Assembly: GCA_965649825.1 (NCBI GenBank)
Contig: OZ287707.1
Span: 426,292-490,291, forward strand
DNA: 64,000 bases
DNA from: Penicillus capitatus
Taxonomy: Eukaryota > Plantae > Chlorophyta
Direction: 5' to 3'
The notes beneath the pieces are model-generated. The model was not told the DNA's origin and made no database searches. It worked only from the letters and a program-made list of their open reading frames with translations. Both the position numbers and the translations under genes were made by a program. Of this stretch, positions 1-12,936 are shown piece by piece (positions within the stretch are counted from its first letter, which is position 1; each line of letters begins with the position of its first letter).

Positions 1-3000
1 TGGACATCCGTTTTCGTCCGAGAACTGAAAGTGCTGGCCATATGCAAAGGCAGCCGTCTTCGCAGCATCTTTTCCGTGCGATCCCTGGAGACAGAAAAGA
101 CAGTTTTGTGGAGCTCTGTAGAAAAGACACCTGGGTGGCGAAGGTATTGGATGGATGGCAATGATCTCCTCTTCGTCGTCATCACCGTCTTCCTCTAAAG
201 TGAATGTGGATATCTCTCTGGTCACAAGGACGTAAATCTCTGCATGGATGATCTCTGCTCCGGACGATGGTCGGTATCGAAAGACAATAGGCTTTCTCTG
301 CCCCGGGGATAACTGCCCATTTATTGGGTCAATATTCAGCTGCCCAGCAGCGACAGAATGGAATGTCGCTGTATCGAACTGAAACGAAATATCATCCTCT
401 GTCGGATTTACGACTTCCACAATTCGGACGCCATCATTCTGGCATCGAACACACGCACGCTTTAGCTCCATACAGACAAGGCGTACCCACCTGTCTGTGC
501 ATTGAGCCAAAGTCGATCGTTTGATCCGAGAGACTCATCAGCGCCGGTAACGACATCGTCGACGTCGCTTGGCAAATGCACGCATCACACGAAGTGTTGT
601 GAGGTAGAGAGACGGAAGTATTGCTCGGCATAATACCCCTAGCTTTGATTGTCCACGTTTCTGTCTTGTCCTCATCTGAGTGGAGAATGACGTCGAATGC
701 GTATGTCTTCTCTTCGAGAGGTTGAAACACGATCAGAAGGGGTATGGATTTGCCGACATCCACCTCGCCTGCCATCAGCATCCGAATGAAATTCTATCGA
801 ACAAGGCATACAGACAGACCGCTGGTCTTTCCAACGCATCTGAAGATAGGAAAATCATAGTTCTGTCGGTTAGCGCGATCCGTATCCTCAAAGTTCAAAG
901 AGAAAGCGGCACCACAATTGCCGCCGTTATGGATCATCAACATCTGCGACGGCGGTTCTTTGCATCCAATCGCAATGGGCTCCAGCATGGCGCTGTCGAG
1001 TTCGAGTCGATGGGATGGCTCCCTTTCGGCGCCTCCATGTAGCAAGACACAAATCTTCTTGCCGTTTTTGATGTCAAATAGAAAAGGCAATTTATGCTGT
1101 CCTGTTGAACACACTTATCAACAGGAGTGACCTTTGAATCCGTGTACCTTCTATGATCGGATGATAAGTGATGCAGACGGTTTGAGCACCCTCGGGCAGA
1201 AGGTGTCCGTTTGGAGGATCGAAGCTGAAGATATTGTTGTTCAGGAGCATTTCCCTCAATTGCTCCTCGGCGCTCTCGGCAGGCAGTGGCTCCTCACAAA
1301 GCTCAATGATTGAATCCGAGCCACCGGGAGAAATCCATCGCCATTCGACGTCGACTGTTGTTGGATTGGACAGCTGTATGTGTATCTCTTTCGATTTGCC
1401 GTTCAGTAAACGGCTGCCAAAGTTGAAATCGACCGACGGCAGAGAGTCCAAACATCCGGCGGCGATAACTTCGTGGTTCTTCATCGTCTGCTAGGACACA
1501 TAGTCACCCATGCTTCCGTAAAAGAACCTCCCCAGTCGACTTTGGAGAGATGGATGTCAGTAGGTGTAAGCGATGACTGAAGCAGATCGTTAAAGCGATG
1601 GACTCGAAGCGATCTGGTCAGTCGATTCTTGCTCGCTCCACTTGAGAACGCGTCGGAAATCCGTAGTCCCGGAGATACAGCAGTGCATTGTATCGTTGCG
1701 ATATCTTCAGAGATCATTTCGTTGCGGGCATCCACACAGGTCACCTCGACAGTGTATGTCTTCGGTGTACACATCCAGAGAAAAAACGATACGCTCTTTG
1801 TGGACCTGCCTCACGAGGACCAGCGTTTAGCAGAGCATGTCACGTTAAATGAGAGAGTGTATACCTTGGAGGAAGAATGCCATTGGCATCCCGTGCCATC
1901 AGTTTGTATGCTCGTTCCGTTTGCAGATCAACCGCGTCGACCGAATGATGATCATATTGGTCAGGAATGACACCTTCTTCGTCGATTTTGAAGAGCAGAC
2001 GGTAGTCGAGATGGTCTAGATGGGGGTTAAATATCTCAAGAGTGTGGCAGACTGGATGAAACAGCTTTGACACTCCGAGATTCGCCTTTATCGGATGGAG
2101 TCTGAGCTCTTGCTTAACACCTGTTCCTTCCAGGAACAGTATGGCGTTGTCTGCGCTATTGCCACGACGCTTATCGCAGAGAGTAGCGCATTCCAATCTG
2201 TGAATGAAAGTGATCGCGGTAGGGACTCGTCAGCAACTGTAGATACTTTTCAGAAAACGATTGCGGAACGGTTGGTGTAAATGAGACGATATGGGCTTTG
2301 CTGCCCCAGGGAGGGAGATCTCCGCCGAGAGGTTCCAATTCGAAATTGGATGCGCTGCCAATGCGATTCCATACGTAAGAAACTGGGACGTTCGAGACAT
2401 TGGTCACGGTCAGTTCTTCGCGACAGTGTTTCCCCACGACCGTGCTTCGGAAGCGAAGCGTCTTTGCGCTTTCTGACGCAATGGGTGTCGTTTCCCCAAT
2501 CGCCGTTTGCGTGCACGTATGCAATTGGATACGTGGCACATCGGCCGTCACGAACACCGTTAAAGGCGTCGCTCGCGTTTCATTGTTGTTCAAAATACAA
2601 AGCAGCTTGTGCTGTTGCCTCTCTGGAACACTGGAGTGATAGCTTAAGCAAATCTACACAGGCCACGAAAATATCTCCACTGTCCATTGTCGATGCCACG
2701 GACCAGTTGAGGCGCCTTTGGTGGAATGACTCCAATTCTAGGCTCGATTCTCAAACAAGGAGTCGAATCTTCTGGCCGGATATCAAAGAGGACGCTACTT
2801 TCTTCTCCGTTATCGATAAGGAAAGACGTGTAGACCGTCTGGCCAACGATCGCTGGTGGACATTCGATCTCCGTCGAGCGAAAGGCAATTCGAGGGAGTT
2901 GGATTTCGGGTTGATAGAGATACGAGTTGCCAACGAGCTAGAACCATCGATTGAGCGATCGCTATCTTCACAGGACGGCCGCTGTCTTGCGATGTGCTTA

Positions 3001-5200
3001 CCTGAATAGCCAGACGATTATTTTCGGGGACAGTGGCTTCGTCATCGGAGACGGAGGAAGAGACGCGACATGTCCAGTGTTCATAACGACTGTCTGCTGT
3101 CGGTTTAAAGCCAAACTGAAAGATACCTTCTTCCCCTGCACCAACCTCCCGGACTTGTGGATAAACCTAAGAGCAATCGACGTCAGTCGACTATCTCTGT
3201 CGGCACAGAATTGCGAGGTACTGCAAAAGGCGGAGGACTTTCGTGCATTGCCGTATGTGTTCTCGGCGAAAGATGTAAGGAGAGTCTCTTCTTATCCTCG
3301 GAGGTATTTCTCACGTGCAATGTGCGAAACAGCGTGGACTTGTGCATAGACGTTGATCCAAAGTCGAGACATTCGGCGTCGGCGATCAGCTTCGGATGAC
3401 AATCTTCTGGACAGAAAAGATCTTCCCAAAGATGCTTTCCTCCTAGAGCGTGTTGAAGCAGGTTAGATGGTTTGTCTGTCAGATTCCCGCCAGCCCCATT
3501 GGTCTTCGATAGTTGTCTGGTATCTGATTCGGCAACAGCCTCACCTTCGACATCCAAAAAGAGGGGTTCGCCACCCTAGAAGAATGAACATAGAGAGACG
3601 TCTTTCATAGGTGGCTGCTTAGACATCGACAACGACAATCATTCTTTCTCGAAGTGCCTCGAGGCAGGATGGATGGAATACGATGTCGACTATAGCGTAA
3701 GATTGTCCAGCAATGGCTCCGCGCTGTGGATGTATCTGAAAGTTCGCCGTGTTTTTGTGGGACCATTGGAAAACAACTGTTCGTTGCGACCTGCACAGCA
3801 GCATCCCATCGGATACATAGCACCCGAATTGCGCCGCCTTGCCGATTGTATAAGGTCACTCTGCGACACTGCGATTGTCCACAGGGAGTCCATCCAAACT
3901 GAAGAGAGCTTTCTGACAACTCTAGACGATTTGGCTCGGCGTAGCCACAAAGACAGAGATGAGAGCACGACCCAGAGGCGCCGCGAAATCGAAAGCTCTC
4001 GACGGAGTGCAGACCCGAAACCTTCGGGTTGTACACAATCTCTATCTTCGCCGACTCATTTGGGGACAAGCGCAGTCTACCGAACACAAAGAAAGAGACG
4101 ATACATCTAACCCATCTGCAAGAAAAGGGTGACACGGATGCACGCACTGTTTTGGCTGGATGGAAAAGAGTGAGAACGGGTGGTTGCTCTCCGCATAAAC
4201 ATCGGCCTCAACGAGACCACCATTCGTGATCTGAACCGTCCGCTTTGCCGCTTCTCCTGCGCTCACGGTGCCAAAATCGATGCATTCCGAGCCCAACTTG
4301 AAAGCTGGATACTTTCCAATACCGCGAATCTGTCCAGCAAAGGAATCCGTCGATTATATGACAGACAGTAAATCGTGTTGACGCACTTCTGTTTCGCAGG
4401 TAAGATCTCCACTGCGAAGGATAGCTTTCTGTGCGTAGCTTGACGCTTCTCTCGGATGAAAAGTGAGAACAAACTCAAAGCTGCCCGACACGTTGATCTC
4501 TGCCTCCGACGGTTGCACTTCAAATGGCGGCGATACGTTCCATATAACCGCTGTCTATGTACACATCCATGCGTGTCTAGTCCAGCATCACTGCCGAACA
4601 GATGTTAGCGGAGTGCCTTTTGTGTTCCGGTGTTCTGCACAACGAGAGATTGCTTCTTTATTTCGTTGACAGCCGAGAAGCCAAAAGAAACGCTCGACGG
4701 TACCTGCGTCAAACGCATCAAACCGTCAAGCACGAGGAGTAAAGGAACACGCTTTCAGCTGGACGTCGCATCCTTTAACTCTGAGCTCCACACAGAAGCG
4801 GCTCCCACTTTCGTCGACGTCGAACCACAAATCTTCTTGCGTCGGTCCAATTACTGTGCAAGCAATCTGCAACAGACGGTCGATCCGTCAACGAAATGCA
4901 GCAAGACGACAGCACTTTCAAGACATGTGACATTCCAGGAGACAGATGGAGAGACGTGGCGTGATCCACGACGAAGGAGGTGAAGTTCGGCTCAACGATT
5001 TTCAAACGCACGGTGCGCGATGCCACATTCCTGATCTTCAGGCGTTTCTCGTTTGGATGCTCTTTCGACGGCCGCGTCGCATGCCACGTCAGACGCGAAG
5101 GGCATTGGAGACCGAAGCTGTCATGCAAGATATCTGCCTCAGTACATGGGTGCGTTTTCGACAGACATGCTCACTCTTCGGCCGTCTCTGCAGATTTCAT
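1..5200 (-). CDS. CFAP65: CFAP65-like ciliary protein (repeated ASH/PapD-like Ig domains), multi-exon, runs off the window start; start codon not resolved
   Basis: Chain of minus-strand exon ORFs with repeated 'xDFG...L.N.' ASH-type starts (ECIDFGTVSAGEAAKRTVQITNGG, LDFGSTSMHKSTLFRTLHVRNTS, VDFNFGSRLLNGKSKEIHIQLSNPT). N-terminal SFGLQCPSRLTW...LKIRNV...LSPGMSHVLKV resembles the CFAP65 N-terminus as I recall it. Confidence 0.7.
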
Positions 5201-5266
5201 GCGTCGTTGAAAATGCGATCGAATGCTTTACATGTCGACATCTGTCGGCAACCGTGCTGTGTGGGA

Positions 5267-8169
5267 TTACGACGTCCGTGCATTCCGATCGAGGATTTGA
5301 TCCAATAGATTTGAACAGAGAACCGACGTGGAAGGCAAGGCTTGTGAGGGAATCTTCGACCAGTTGGCGAGATCCAGTTGTGTCGCGCTCTCTGCATCGA
5401 CAGAGTCGACATCCATTGCATCGGTGTGTCGAGCAGCAACACCAAAGGCCATTTCAAAGACAGAGGGCATTTTTTCGTTCTCTGTCGCCGAGTCCTCTTC
5501 CGATTTCAGTGTTAAGCTTCCTGTCGAGCATTTGCGATCAGAATGCATTCCGTTGCTGCTCGATACCTGTTTCTGTTTCGATGGCGTACTGGTGTGATGA
5601 AGACAGGATCATCAGAGGGGCATGTGTATGCCTGATACCATTCTCCATTTGGCGACCAGATTTGTACAGAGGTGTGCCTGGCTGGGTAAAGTGAAGGAAA
5701 CGGATGGGGTGGGGTCGTCTGGAATAGAGAACACAGGGTGTGCTGTCTCTGGGATCGAAAACCGCCACGGAAACGCCTCCTCCTGTCCTCTCCCGTTCCC
5801 TGTGCACATTTACAAGGCTCCTTCCTGTACATTAGACGTATGAAAAAGAGCTGACCAGCTGCCGTCTGTTATGTCTCTCAAAGTGACGGCAAATTTATCG
5901 GAACTGGAATCGACAGTGAGACAGTCGATGGCGAGCTTGGATGCCCATCGCACCGTGAGGCTTTGAAGATCCCAGACAACGAGGAGAGAGGCCATCGGAA
6001 TGCAGCCGACCTGACATGCGGCACTGAATAAACAGTGACAGAATGGGATCGTTCTTACTAGAAAATCAGATGCTCCGACAAAACGCAGTTGAGAGAGTTT
6101 CGTTTTCTGTGGAGCATCCGGAAACGATACATGTCCCAATGTCACCAAAGTTGTTGGATCCCACAGTCCCACCCCGGATGGATAAGCCACAGCCAATACA
6201 GAACCGTCACTGCTGAAGCAGCATTCCCCTAGTGGCTGATCTGAACAATATTCCATCGGATGTGACCATCTATTCGTGACACAGACAGAACCTCTGAACG
6301 ATCCAATCGCCTTGCATCTCCACAAGCTGCTCTGATCGGCAAACTGCCTGGTCCACAAACGAAAGCTCCCTTTTGGACTCGTGGTGACAACGAGATCGTC
6401 AACAGGTGAACAGCAGATGGCAGCAATGCCTCCTCTGCATCGCCACTGGTTATTGCTGATGGCACGGCAAAGGAAAGGAGACCAGACTTGTGGGGATCCA
6501 TGACTTCGGTGTTGAGATGAAATGTATTCTCAGAGGCACTCCAGTCAAAAAACCGCACGTCTGTTTTGATCTCGCTGTCGATCAGCTGACTACGAACCGT
6601 CACTGCTGCCAGAACTGTTCCAAGAGGATTGAAGACGATAGATTGGAGAACGGGCTCGGTGGAGTGATGCCCTGGGTCTATTCGGTGCTTCGTTTTCGAT
6701 ACAGCCATTCTGGACACCACCTAACGAATCCTGCTCATCTCAAAATGGACAGAGACCGAGAGACCTGCAGTTTGGCAACGTGTTTGTCCTGGGCCAGATC
6801 ATAGAACTGAACTGAACAGCTGTCGATTGGAAGGACCAGATATCCAGTTCCTGGCTGCACAGCATAACACCGGCCCTCTTGCTGTCGTCGCTCACAGAAC
6901 ACGGATGCCGTGATCCCATAAACCGAGAGTGTCACCTGCCGACACAAATCAGAGAATCTATGGCGTGCATATGTCCATACTTTGTAGTTGGAGCTGTCGA
7001 CGATTTTGAAGCTGTTGTCCTGGAATGCCACGAGAAAGAGTGACGGCCTGTGAGGATGGATCTCCATTGCCGTTGCGTTCAACCCCAGCCTCGGTACAAA
7101 TTTCATGTTCAGATCACTCAAATGCCATGACACCTCCACACCACCATCACCCCAATGAAACACTCCTCATCCTTTACAGCAGGACCATACCAAGACACCT
7201 TCCTCTCCAATAGAAAACAGAAAATGGCCATCGCCTGAGAATCGAAGAGAGGATGCTGCAGAGGCATGCCAGTGAAGGGTGATCGGAATGCGTTCTGCGA
7301 TGATCGACCCCTCGGAGTGCATCATGTTCTGATACAGCAGGATTTTCCCTGAAGTGCATCCCACAGCCAGTTGCTCATCCATTGGATCCACACAGACACA
7401 CTTCACAATGCCTCTCATTCTTTGCCCTGTCACGGTAGCATCGTACGTGCACACGTTCTGGAAATGTCAGATGCCGACAGCTGCGTTGATCGGGAACGGA
7501 TATCAGCGTTGCGTCATCCGTCTTGGAACGGCACACGATGCACAGTGTTTTGCCAGAAGGACTCAAACAGAGCGAAGATCTATGGGATAACTCAAGACAG
7601 AAGCTTTCATCCCGTTGTAGATCGGGCAGTTTATATCGCAGAATCTAAATCCATCCACGCTAACAGCGCAGTGGCACTCAGAAACATGAGCAGGATTGAC
7701 CTTGGACCCTTCTGGCCTCTCTTTGCAGAGACAGCTGACGTACACGACACCCATCACATCGCAGTACTCCTGACCACACCAGCTTTGATGTGACAGGAGA
7801 CGGATGTGCCACAGAGAGCAGTACAGACCATGTCTGTGATTTCGGAGCATTCGGGCAGAACATCGCAAGCGGTCACTCTCCTCTGCAGCACGAAATCCCA
7901 GAGCAGTATCTTCTCTTTCGTCGCCACCACGATCTGCACCGCCCTCTCATTCCATTCATCATGATCCGACAGACCACCTGCGTCGATGCCTCTCCTCCGA
8001 GTGTCGCGATTTTGATCACTCTGTGATGATGCGATTCGGAGATCCGTCGGGCCGTAAGGGCACTGTACACGTAGAGTCCCTTCTCTCCCGCCGTCGCCAC
8101 GTACTTGCCATCGCGTGAGAACGTCGTTCCCCTTCCCACGATCCGTGCTCCGCCGTAGAAGGCAGACAT
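5267..8169 (-). CDS. WDR75: WD40 repeat small-subunit processome protein WDR75/Utp17, multi-exon
   Basis: ATG at 8169 (MSAFYGGARIVGRGTTFSRDGKYVATAGEKGLYVYS); ITLHWHASAASSLRFSGDGHFLFSIGEEGVLVW; second propeller exons; C-terminal LPSTSVLCSNLLDQIL ending at 5267. Confidence 0.85.
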
Positions 8170-8310
8170 GACCTTGTACAAATCCGCCTCGTCTTGGCGT
8201 CTGCTTTGCTCTCTGACCACGCCGACACGGAACGCGATGTACGACAATTCAATCGGTGCCGAGATGAAGGGAATCGTGTCGGGTACGTCCAATGCAGCAG
8301 TCCTATTTCG
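8030..8310. repeat. Direct repeat copy 1 (~281 bp): WDR75 5' coding end plus upstream promoter
   Basis: Aligns with 24551-24830: 2 differences in the 140 coding nt, about 13 differences in the ~141 upstream nt. Confidence 0.97.
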
Positions 8311-9144
8311 TTCCTTTCATCCGTTCCATTTTTGGTTCCCTTCCAGTCAATGATTGAGACAAATGCGACGAAAGAGATGCAAGATTCTCCCAAGATGATG
8401 TGAGAAATGCTCAGAGATACATCGCACTTCACTCCACCCGACGAGCTTACAGAATCCAGCGTCGATCCTCAAAAACAGGGCGAATCGATCGAGCCGTCGA
8501 CACATGCCACATCCAAACTGCAGCGCTGTTAAATAACGAAAAAGGACGGCGGAGACTTAAACACCTCGTTGAATCGACGGAGCTTATAGAGAAAAGCGTT
8601 GCACCTCCTTTCATCCTCCGTCCCGCCGCTCCTTTCAAACTCAATCAACTGGGCCGTCTTTTTCGCTAACTTGTTCGTGCTCTTTTGTCAAGTCATGCTA
8701 ACAGTGGCAGGGATGGCAACACATCCGCGTGCCCCTGTGCCAGCAACGGTCGAAGGAAGGAGGCTTTATTTCGAAGAGTCCTTGAGACAACTGTAAGAAA
8801 TAGAAACTGCTGTCATTGCTACACCACAGTTGCTGAAGAAATCAGGTGATAGAACCTCGGCCTCTGCTTTAATCGACGTTGACTTATGATGCAGATTCTC
8901 GTCCGTCCGTCCGTTGAACGACGAAGATGTTGACCGCGTTTTCCTTAACTGAAGCTATGAAGACGGCAGATCGATGTGATGTCGATCTTGTGCTGCAGAA
9001 TGTAAAACCTATCCGCCTTTTCGCGTTTGCTGGATTGCGTCCACTTCTACGATGAACGCGTGCACAGTGATCGAACCTCCTCGTGAACTCGCCGCCAATG
9101 AACTGGGCCTACCTAATACAGGCAGGTCATCCATTTTCGTAATT

Positions 9145-9860
9145 CTGTCGCGGCAGTACTACGGATCCGCTGCGCGTCCGACGCGACAGTATTGCATCAA
9201 CAGTAGTATTGGCGCGTTCTGATACGCTGCCGCGGTGACAGTACCATCGTGGCAGCGCGAAAGAACGCGCAGATACCATCGTACCTGTGTATAAAAGATC
9301 TTTCTCGTTGTTTTCTTTGTCAAAAAGAAAACAAACGAAAAAGATCTCTATACACTTAGAAAATGCAACCAGTGACAATGACGGAAGCAAGAGCACAGCT
9401 GGGGGCGGCCAACTTCGACTGGGGGATGATCGGGCCGGTGCTGGCCAGGATGGTGGAACACGTGGGGAGGATTAACGGGGCGGTTCGCAGGCGTGGATCG
9501 GCGATAGCGCCGGTGCGTGGAAGGGATGATTTGAGGAATTGGGTGTATCTTTCGGTTCGGGATTCTTTGGCGATCGGCAACCAAGTGGGGGTGGTTACGT
9601 GGCGTGTCGTAATGAACCGTGTACTTGGGCGGTTAATTCACCATGGGGTTACGCAGCAAGGAAATGCAGTTCAAAGGGATGAACTTGTGTGGGAATTTCA
9701 CCTCTTGTGTACGACAGTGAGAAGGCGAGGGGACATTCGGGCCATCGGAGATACCGTGGCAACACACTTTGTGGATTCGTTGTATGACTTATTCGATCCA
9801 AATGTGTAACGTCGTGGTTTGGTTGTTCAAGTTGCGGAAACGCGCACTGTCGCATCAACG
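9145..9860 (+). mobile_element. Hairpin-flanked orphan cassette, copy A (intact ORF)
   Basis: 5' cgcgtccgacgcgacagtattgc (9173-9195, identical at 16512-16534); cagtagtattggcgcgttctg (9201-9221, identical at 16705-16725); inverted repeat 9212-9220/9262-9270; AT-rich palindrome 9287-9355; ORF; 3' motif ggtttggttgttcaagttgcg...tcaac shared with the other copies. Mobility is inferred. Confidence 0.7.
9363..9809 (+). CDS. 148 aa intronless orphan protein of the cassette family
   Basis: ATG to TAA ORF (MQPVTMTEARAQLGAANFDWGMIGPV...RAIGDTVATHFVDSLY). Homologous reading frames at 16853-17295, 22393-22832 and 23023-23178 conserve residues while codons diverge. Confidence 0.8.
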   Translation: MQPVTMTEARAQLGAANFDWGMIGPVLARMVEHVGRINGAVRRRGSAIAPVRGRDDLRNWVYLSVRDSLAIGNQVGVVTWRVVMNRVLGRLIHHGVTQQGNAVQRDELVWEFHLLCTTVRRRGDIRAIGDTVATHFVDSLYDLFDPNV

Positions 9861-9889
9861 TCGCCCATGCACAGAACGTCTCCGTCCGC

Positions 9890-9990
9890 ATCAACGTTGC
9901 CCGCATAAACTGCTTTGTTTTCGGACAATTGCGTGCCATGTGTCCCTCACAGCGACACCTATAACTAGGATGATGCTGTTTTGGCATTTA
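9890..9990 (-). pseudogene. Degenerate gag-like zinc-knuckle remnant
   Basis: YRCRCEGHMARNCP resembles a CCHC knuckle (Cx2Cx4Hx4C) with altered spacing; flanking frames are stop-ridden. Confidence 0.3.
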
Positions 9991-10369
9991 TCGTTTCCGC
10001 ATCTTCAGCTTTTACTTTATCTACTTCTCCGAATTCCTCCGCGGCACATGCTAATTGGCATGGGGACACCCTTCAGTCGTGCTAACGTTTTAGAATCCTT
10101 CTTTCATGTCAAGTTGCTTTTAAGCTTTTACATCGTCATTTTCCAATTATTTAATGCTTAGCTGGTTGGCGCTCAATGTGTCTTGTTTGATAGCTCTGAC
10201 TTTACACGTTAATGACTGCTAATTTGAAAAAAAAAACACTAATATTGTATCAAAGTTCTGTTTATTTCATGACAGGTGGACTCTTTTGACGACAGTTCCA
10301 GTGAAATGCTTCTGACTTCTTTGTCTAGATGTTCATTATCAAATCCGAGTCTTTGAAGGCGGATTTTTT

Positions 10370-10450
10370 GTCGGGATCGTGTTACCGCTTCGAAGAACTC
10401 GGAGTCGAAAGACGCGCGACCGACGACGTTAAAACGTACTCAGATGTCAG
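10370..10450 (+). repeat. ~81 bp dispersed repeat
   Basis: About 85% identical by eye to the reverse complement of 23453-23534 (core gagtcgaaa.acgcgcga.cgacgacgttaaaacg). Confidence 0.9.
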
Positions 10451-12033
10451 TACTGTCACACTAAGGCGCTATTCGTACGGGATGGTGACAGGACGGGACG
10501 TTGATTTAAATGATAAACTTTACTGTCACTCCATCTTTTCGTGTCCTTGGTTGCGCGACGTAACCGTCGCCGCTGGGTCGCGGTAGAAGGCGTGAGTGAG
10601 GATGATTGGGAGTGAGTTCTTGTGAATTTCGCACTGAGGTTCTGTAGAAGCTTCTACAATCTCATTGTGAACACACTCTTGAACTTCAGCGGTTTTTCCT
10701 GATGTCACATCAAGGATCGAGTATTCAAGCGAGGCTCAGACACACAAATCATCTTTCGCTCGAGATCTAAGTTTACACTTGTGTCTGTGAACCACCAACA
10801 AGCTGTTTCTGTTTGTCAACAAACATTCGCTGTCTATCGTCGTTGTAACAGGCTGTCTCTTCGCTGCTACCGTTGGCATGGCCTCCGATACTCTCGCCCA
10901 TCTTCATCTTACCTTAAGATTTCCGACGCGCTTGTGAGATAAGCCAAGCCGGGAAGGACTCCGGTGACAATGCTCTTCCTCCTCAGTTCTCCGGCCAAGG
11001 TGGCGACAAAGGGGAAATACGAGTCGTCCATACAGAGGACGTCGAAAGACAGGTGGAGAAACAGGCTGCCGGAAAAGGGTTCTTCACAAGTACCAGGAAT
11101 GCGAGATTAATTAGAAGACGCTATCGCTGTTAAGTTCACGCGGTGGTTGAGGATTCACTAATCTTAAGAGCTAGCGGCTGCGAAGTTCGGGCTTCGCACC
11201 GTATCCATCACCCGACCGTTATTGAATAGTCATGTCGGAGTCGGACACCCGTCGCGATCGATGGTCGACGCTCCAGTGTAGTTCTGCCACCATCCAACCG
11301 TCTCCGTTGGCAAGGTAAGGGGGCCGATACGACAGCTGCATCTCTAACAAGAATATAAATCAAAGATAGCAAAGGCTCTCCGAGAAACGATTCGGCTTTG
11401 CAAAAACCGCGCCAAAGAAACGCCGGCGACGTGGCTGGTTATGACACCATGAAAGACAAGCTTCAAATGCAACGTCAGAAATAGACGCCGAATCTGGCCA
11501 CCTCTTCATCGGCAGCTGCAGAACCAATGGGTAAGCAAATGATCAGCGGACAATCTCTTGAAACTTCGTCTGTTTGACAGCATCCTACAAAAGAAGCGCT
11601 ACGTCATCGTGAAGCGATCGACAATCGCACTGCTGCATTGCATCCCCCGTTCCGTGCAAAGGAGACGTAGACACGAATTGAAGTGTCGGATAGAATGGGT
11701 CGTTCTTTGGACAGTTCGAGGCAGAGAATTCCACAGCGTGTGAATCCAACGGTCGCTTCAGTGTCTCAGATAAGAGTCGTGCCCACTACACCGAGGCCGG
11801 TGCTCAGTCATACAAGTCTGCCGGTTCCAACAGTGCCCGCTGCTACATGAACACCAACTGACCTAGTTCCGCAAGCTGCAATCATTCAAGGTGTTGAAGG
11901 CCGTGATCAACACAACATAGGACACAGATGGGGAAACATAATCCCATTTGCTGGCAGAGAAACACAGTTTGGCAATGGCTACGGACCGCTGAGGTCGAAT
12001 GCCAGTCTGCCAGCCAGTTGACCCTTTGTTCTT

Positions 12034-12560
12034 TTATTCTTTTGTCAACGAACTTCTCAGACAGATTGTCCTGTCGCCGTCAAAGGCAGCTTGTGTCTCT
12101 TTGAATTTCTCCTGGAGAGAGAAGATTTTCATGCAGGCCTTGTTTGCGTCTGACTCCACATCCATGCTGAACTGTTGTTCCTTTTGAAATAGTTGTTCGA
12201 GCCTCTCTTGCTCCGCGCTTGCCTTGCCACTCATTGCGCTTACGTGCGACATTCTTCTGTCGTTCTTCGACTTCCTGTCGAAGCTTCGCGACTTCTTCCA
12301 GACGAAGCCAGTCGATCGTTCTTCTCTTTTCGCGTAGCTCTTCTTGCACCTCGCACCTTTCTCGCAGCAAGGGCAAACGTGCCCGAAAAGGTCAACATTT
12401 CGTCTGTGTTCACCAACCAGTACCGGCTGTTGTCGTCATAATCGTCCGGCTGCGTCCACACAACTCGTCCGAGTAGTTCAGAATATACCCTTGCGTCTTC
12501 GCCCGCGTCAGTGATGATACTCTTAGCACGGAATTCTTCCAAAACATAGTTCCCGCGCAA
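12034..12560 (-). pseudogene. Frameshifted coiled-coil protein remnant
   Basis: Three overlapping minus-strand ORFs in successive frames (12240-12560, 12080-12376, 12034-12252) join into an E/K/R/Q-rich helical sequence (LLRERCEVQEELREKRR...EQERLEQLFQKEQQ). Confidence 0.45.
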
Positions 12561-12936
12561 GCTTCACTCTTCCTGGCGACTCTGCTCTCTTCTACTTCGT
12601 CGTGCTCGGCGCATCCTTGCAATGCTTTCTTGAAATCCCTTGGTACGTCTAGACGCGTCTAGACACGGCTCGACTTCCGCACAGTAAGGCGCCACAATGC
12701 ACACAGCAAACGCGCAACGTCACACAGACGGAGGTGACCATTCAGCCCTCCAAAAAAGCTGGAGTAAAATAGACGAGCGCGCTTGTCGCCAAGAACAGGC
12801 GAGGCCCCATGCGAAGGTGGCGAGGCAATCGACAGCACGACGACATCAAATACGTCACGGCAAGAATGCCAGCCATCTCTGCAGCAAAAGAAAATGACCC
12901 CAGATAAGGGCATTGTCTTGACCAACCGACAGCTCC

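Noticed and set aside
11440-12020. Long plus-strand frame with only four internal stops, suggesting C-to-T hypermutation of a former gene
   Set aside because: The stop count is not clearly below chance for ~190 codons, and no homology is recognisable.
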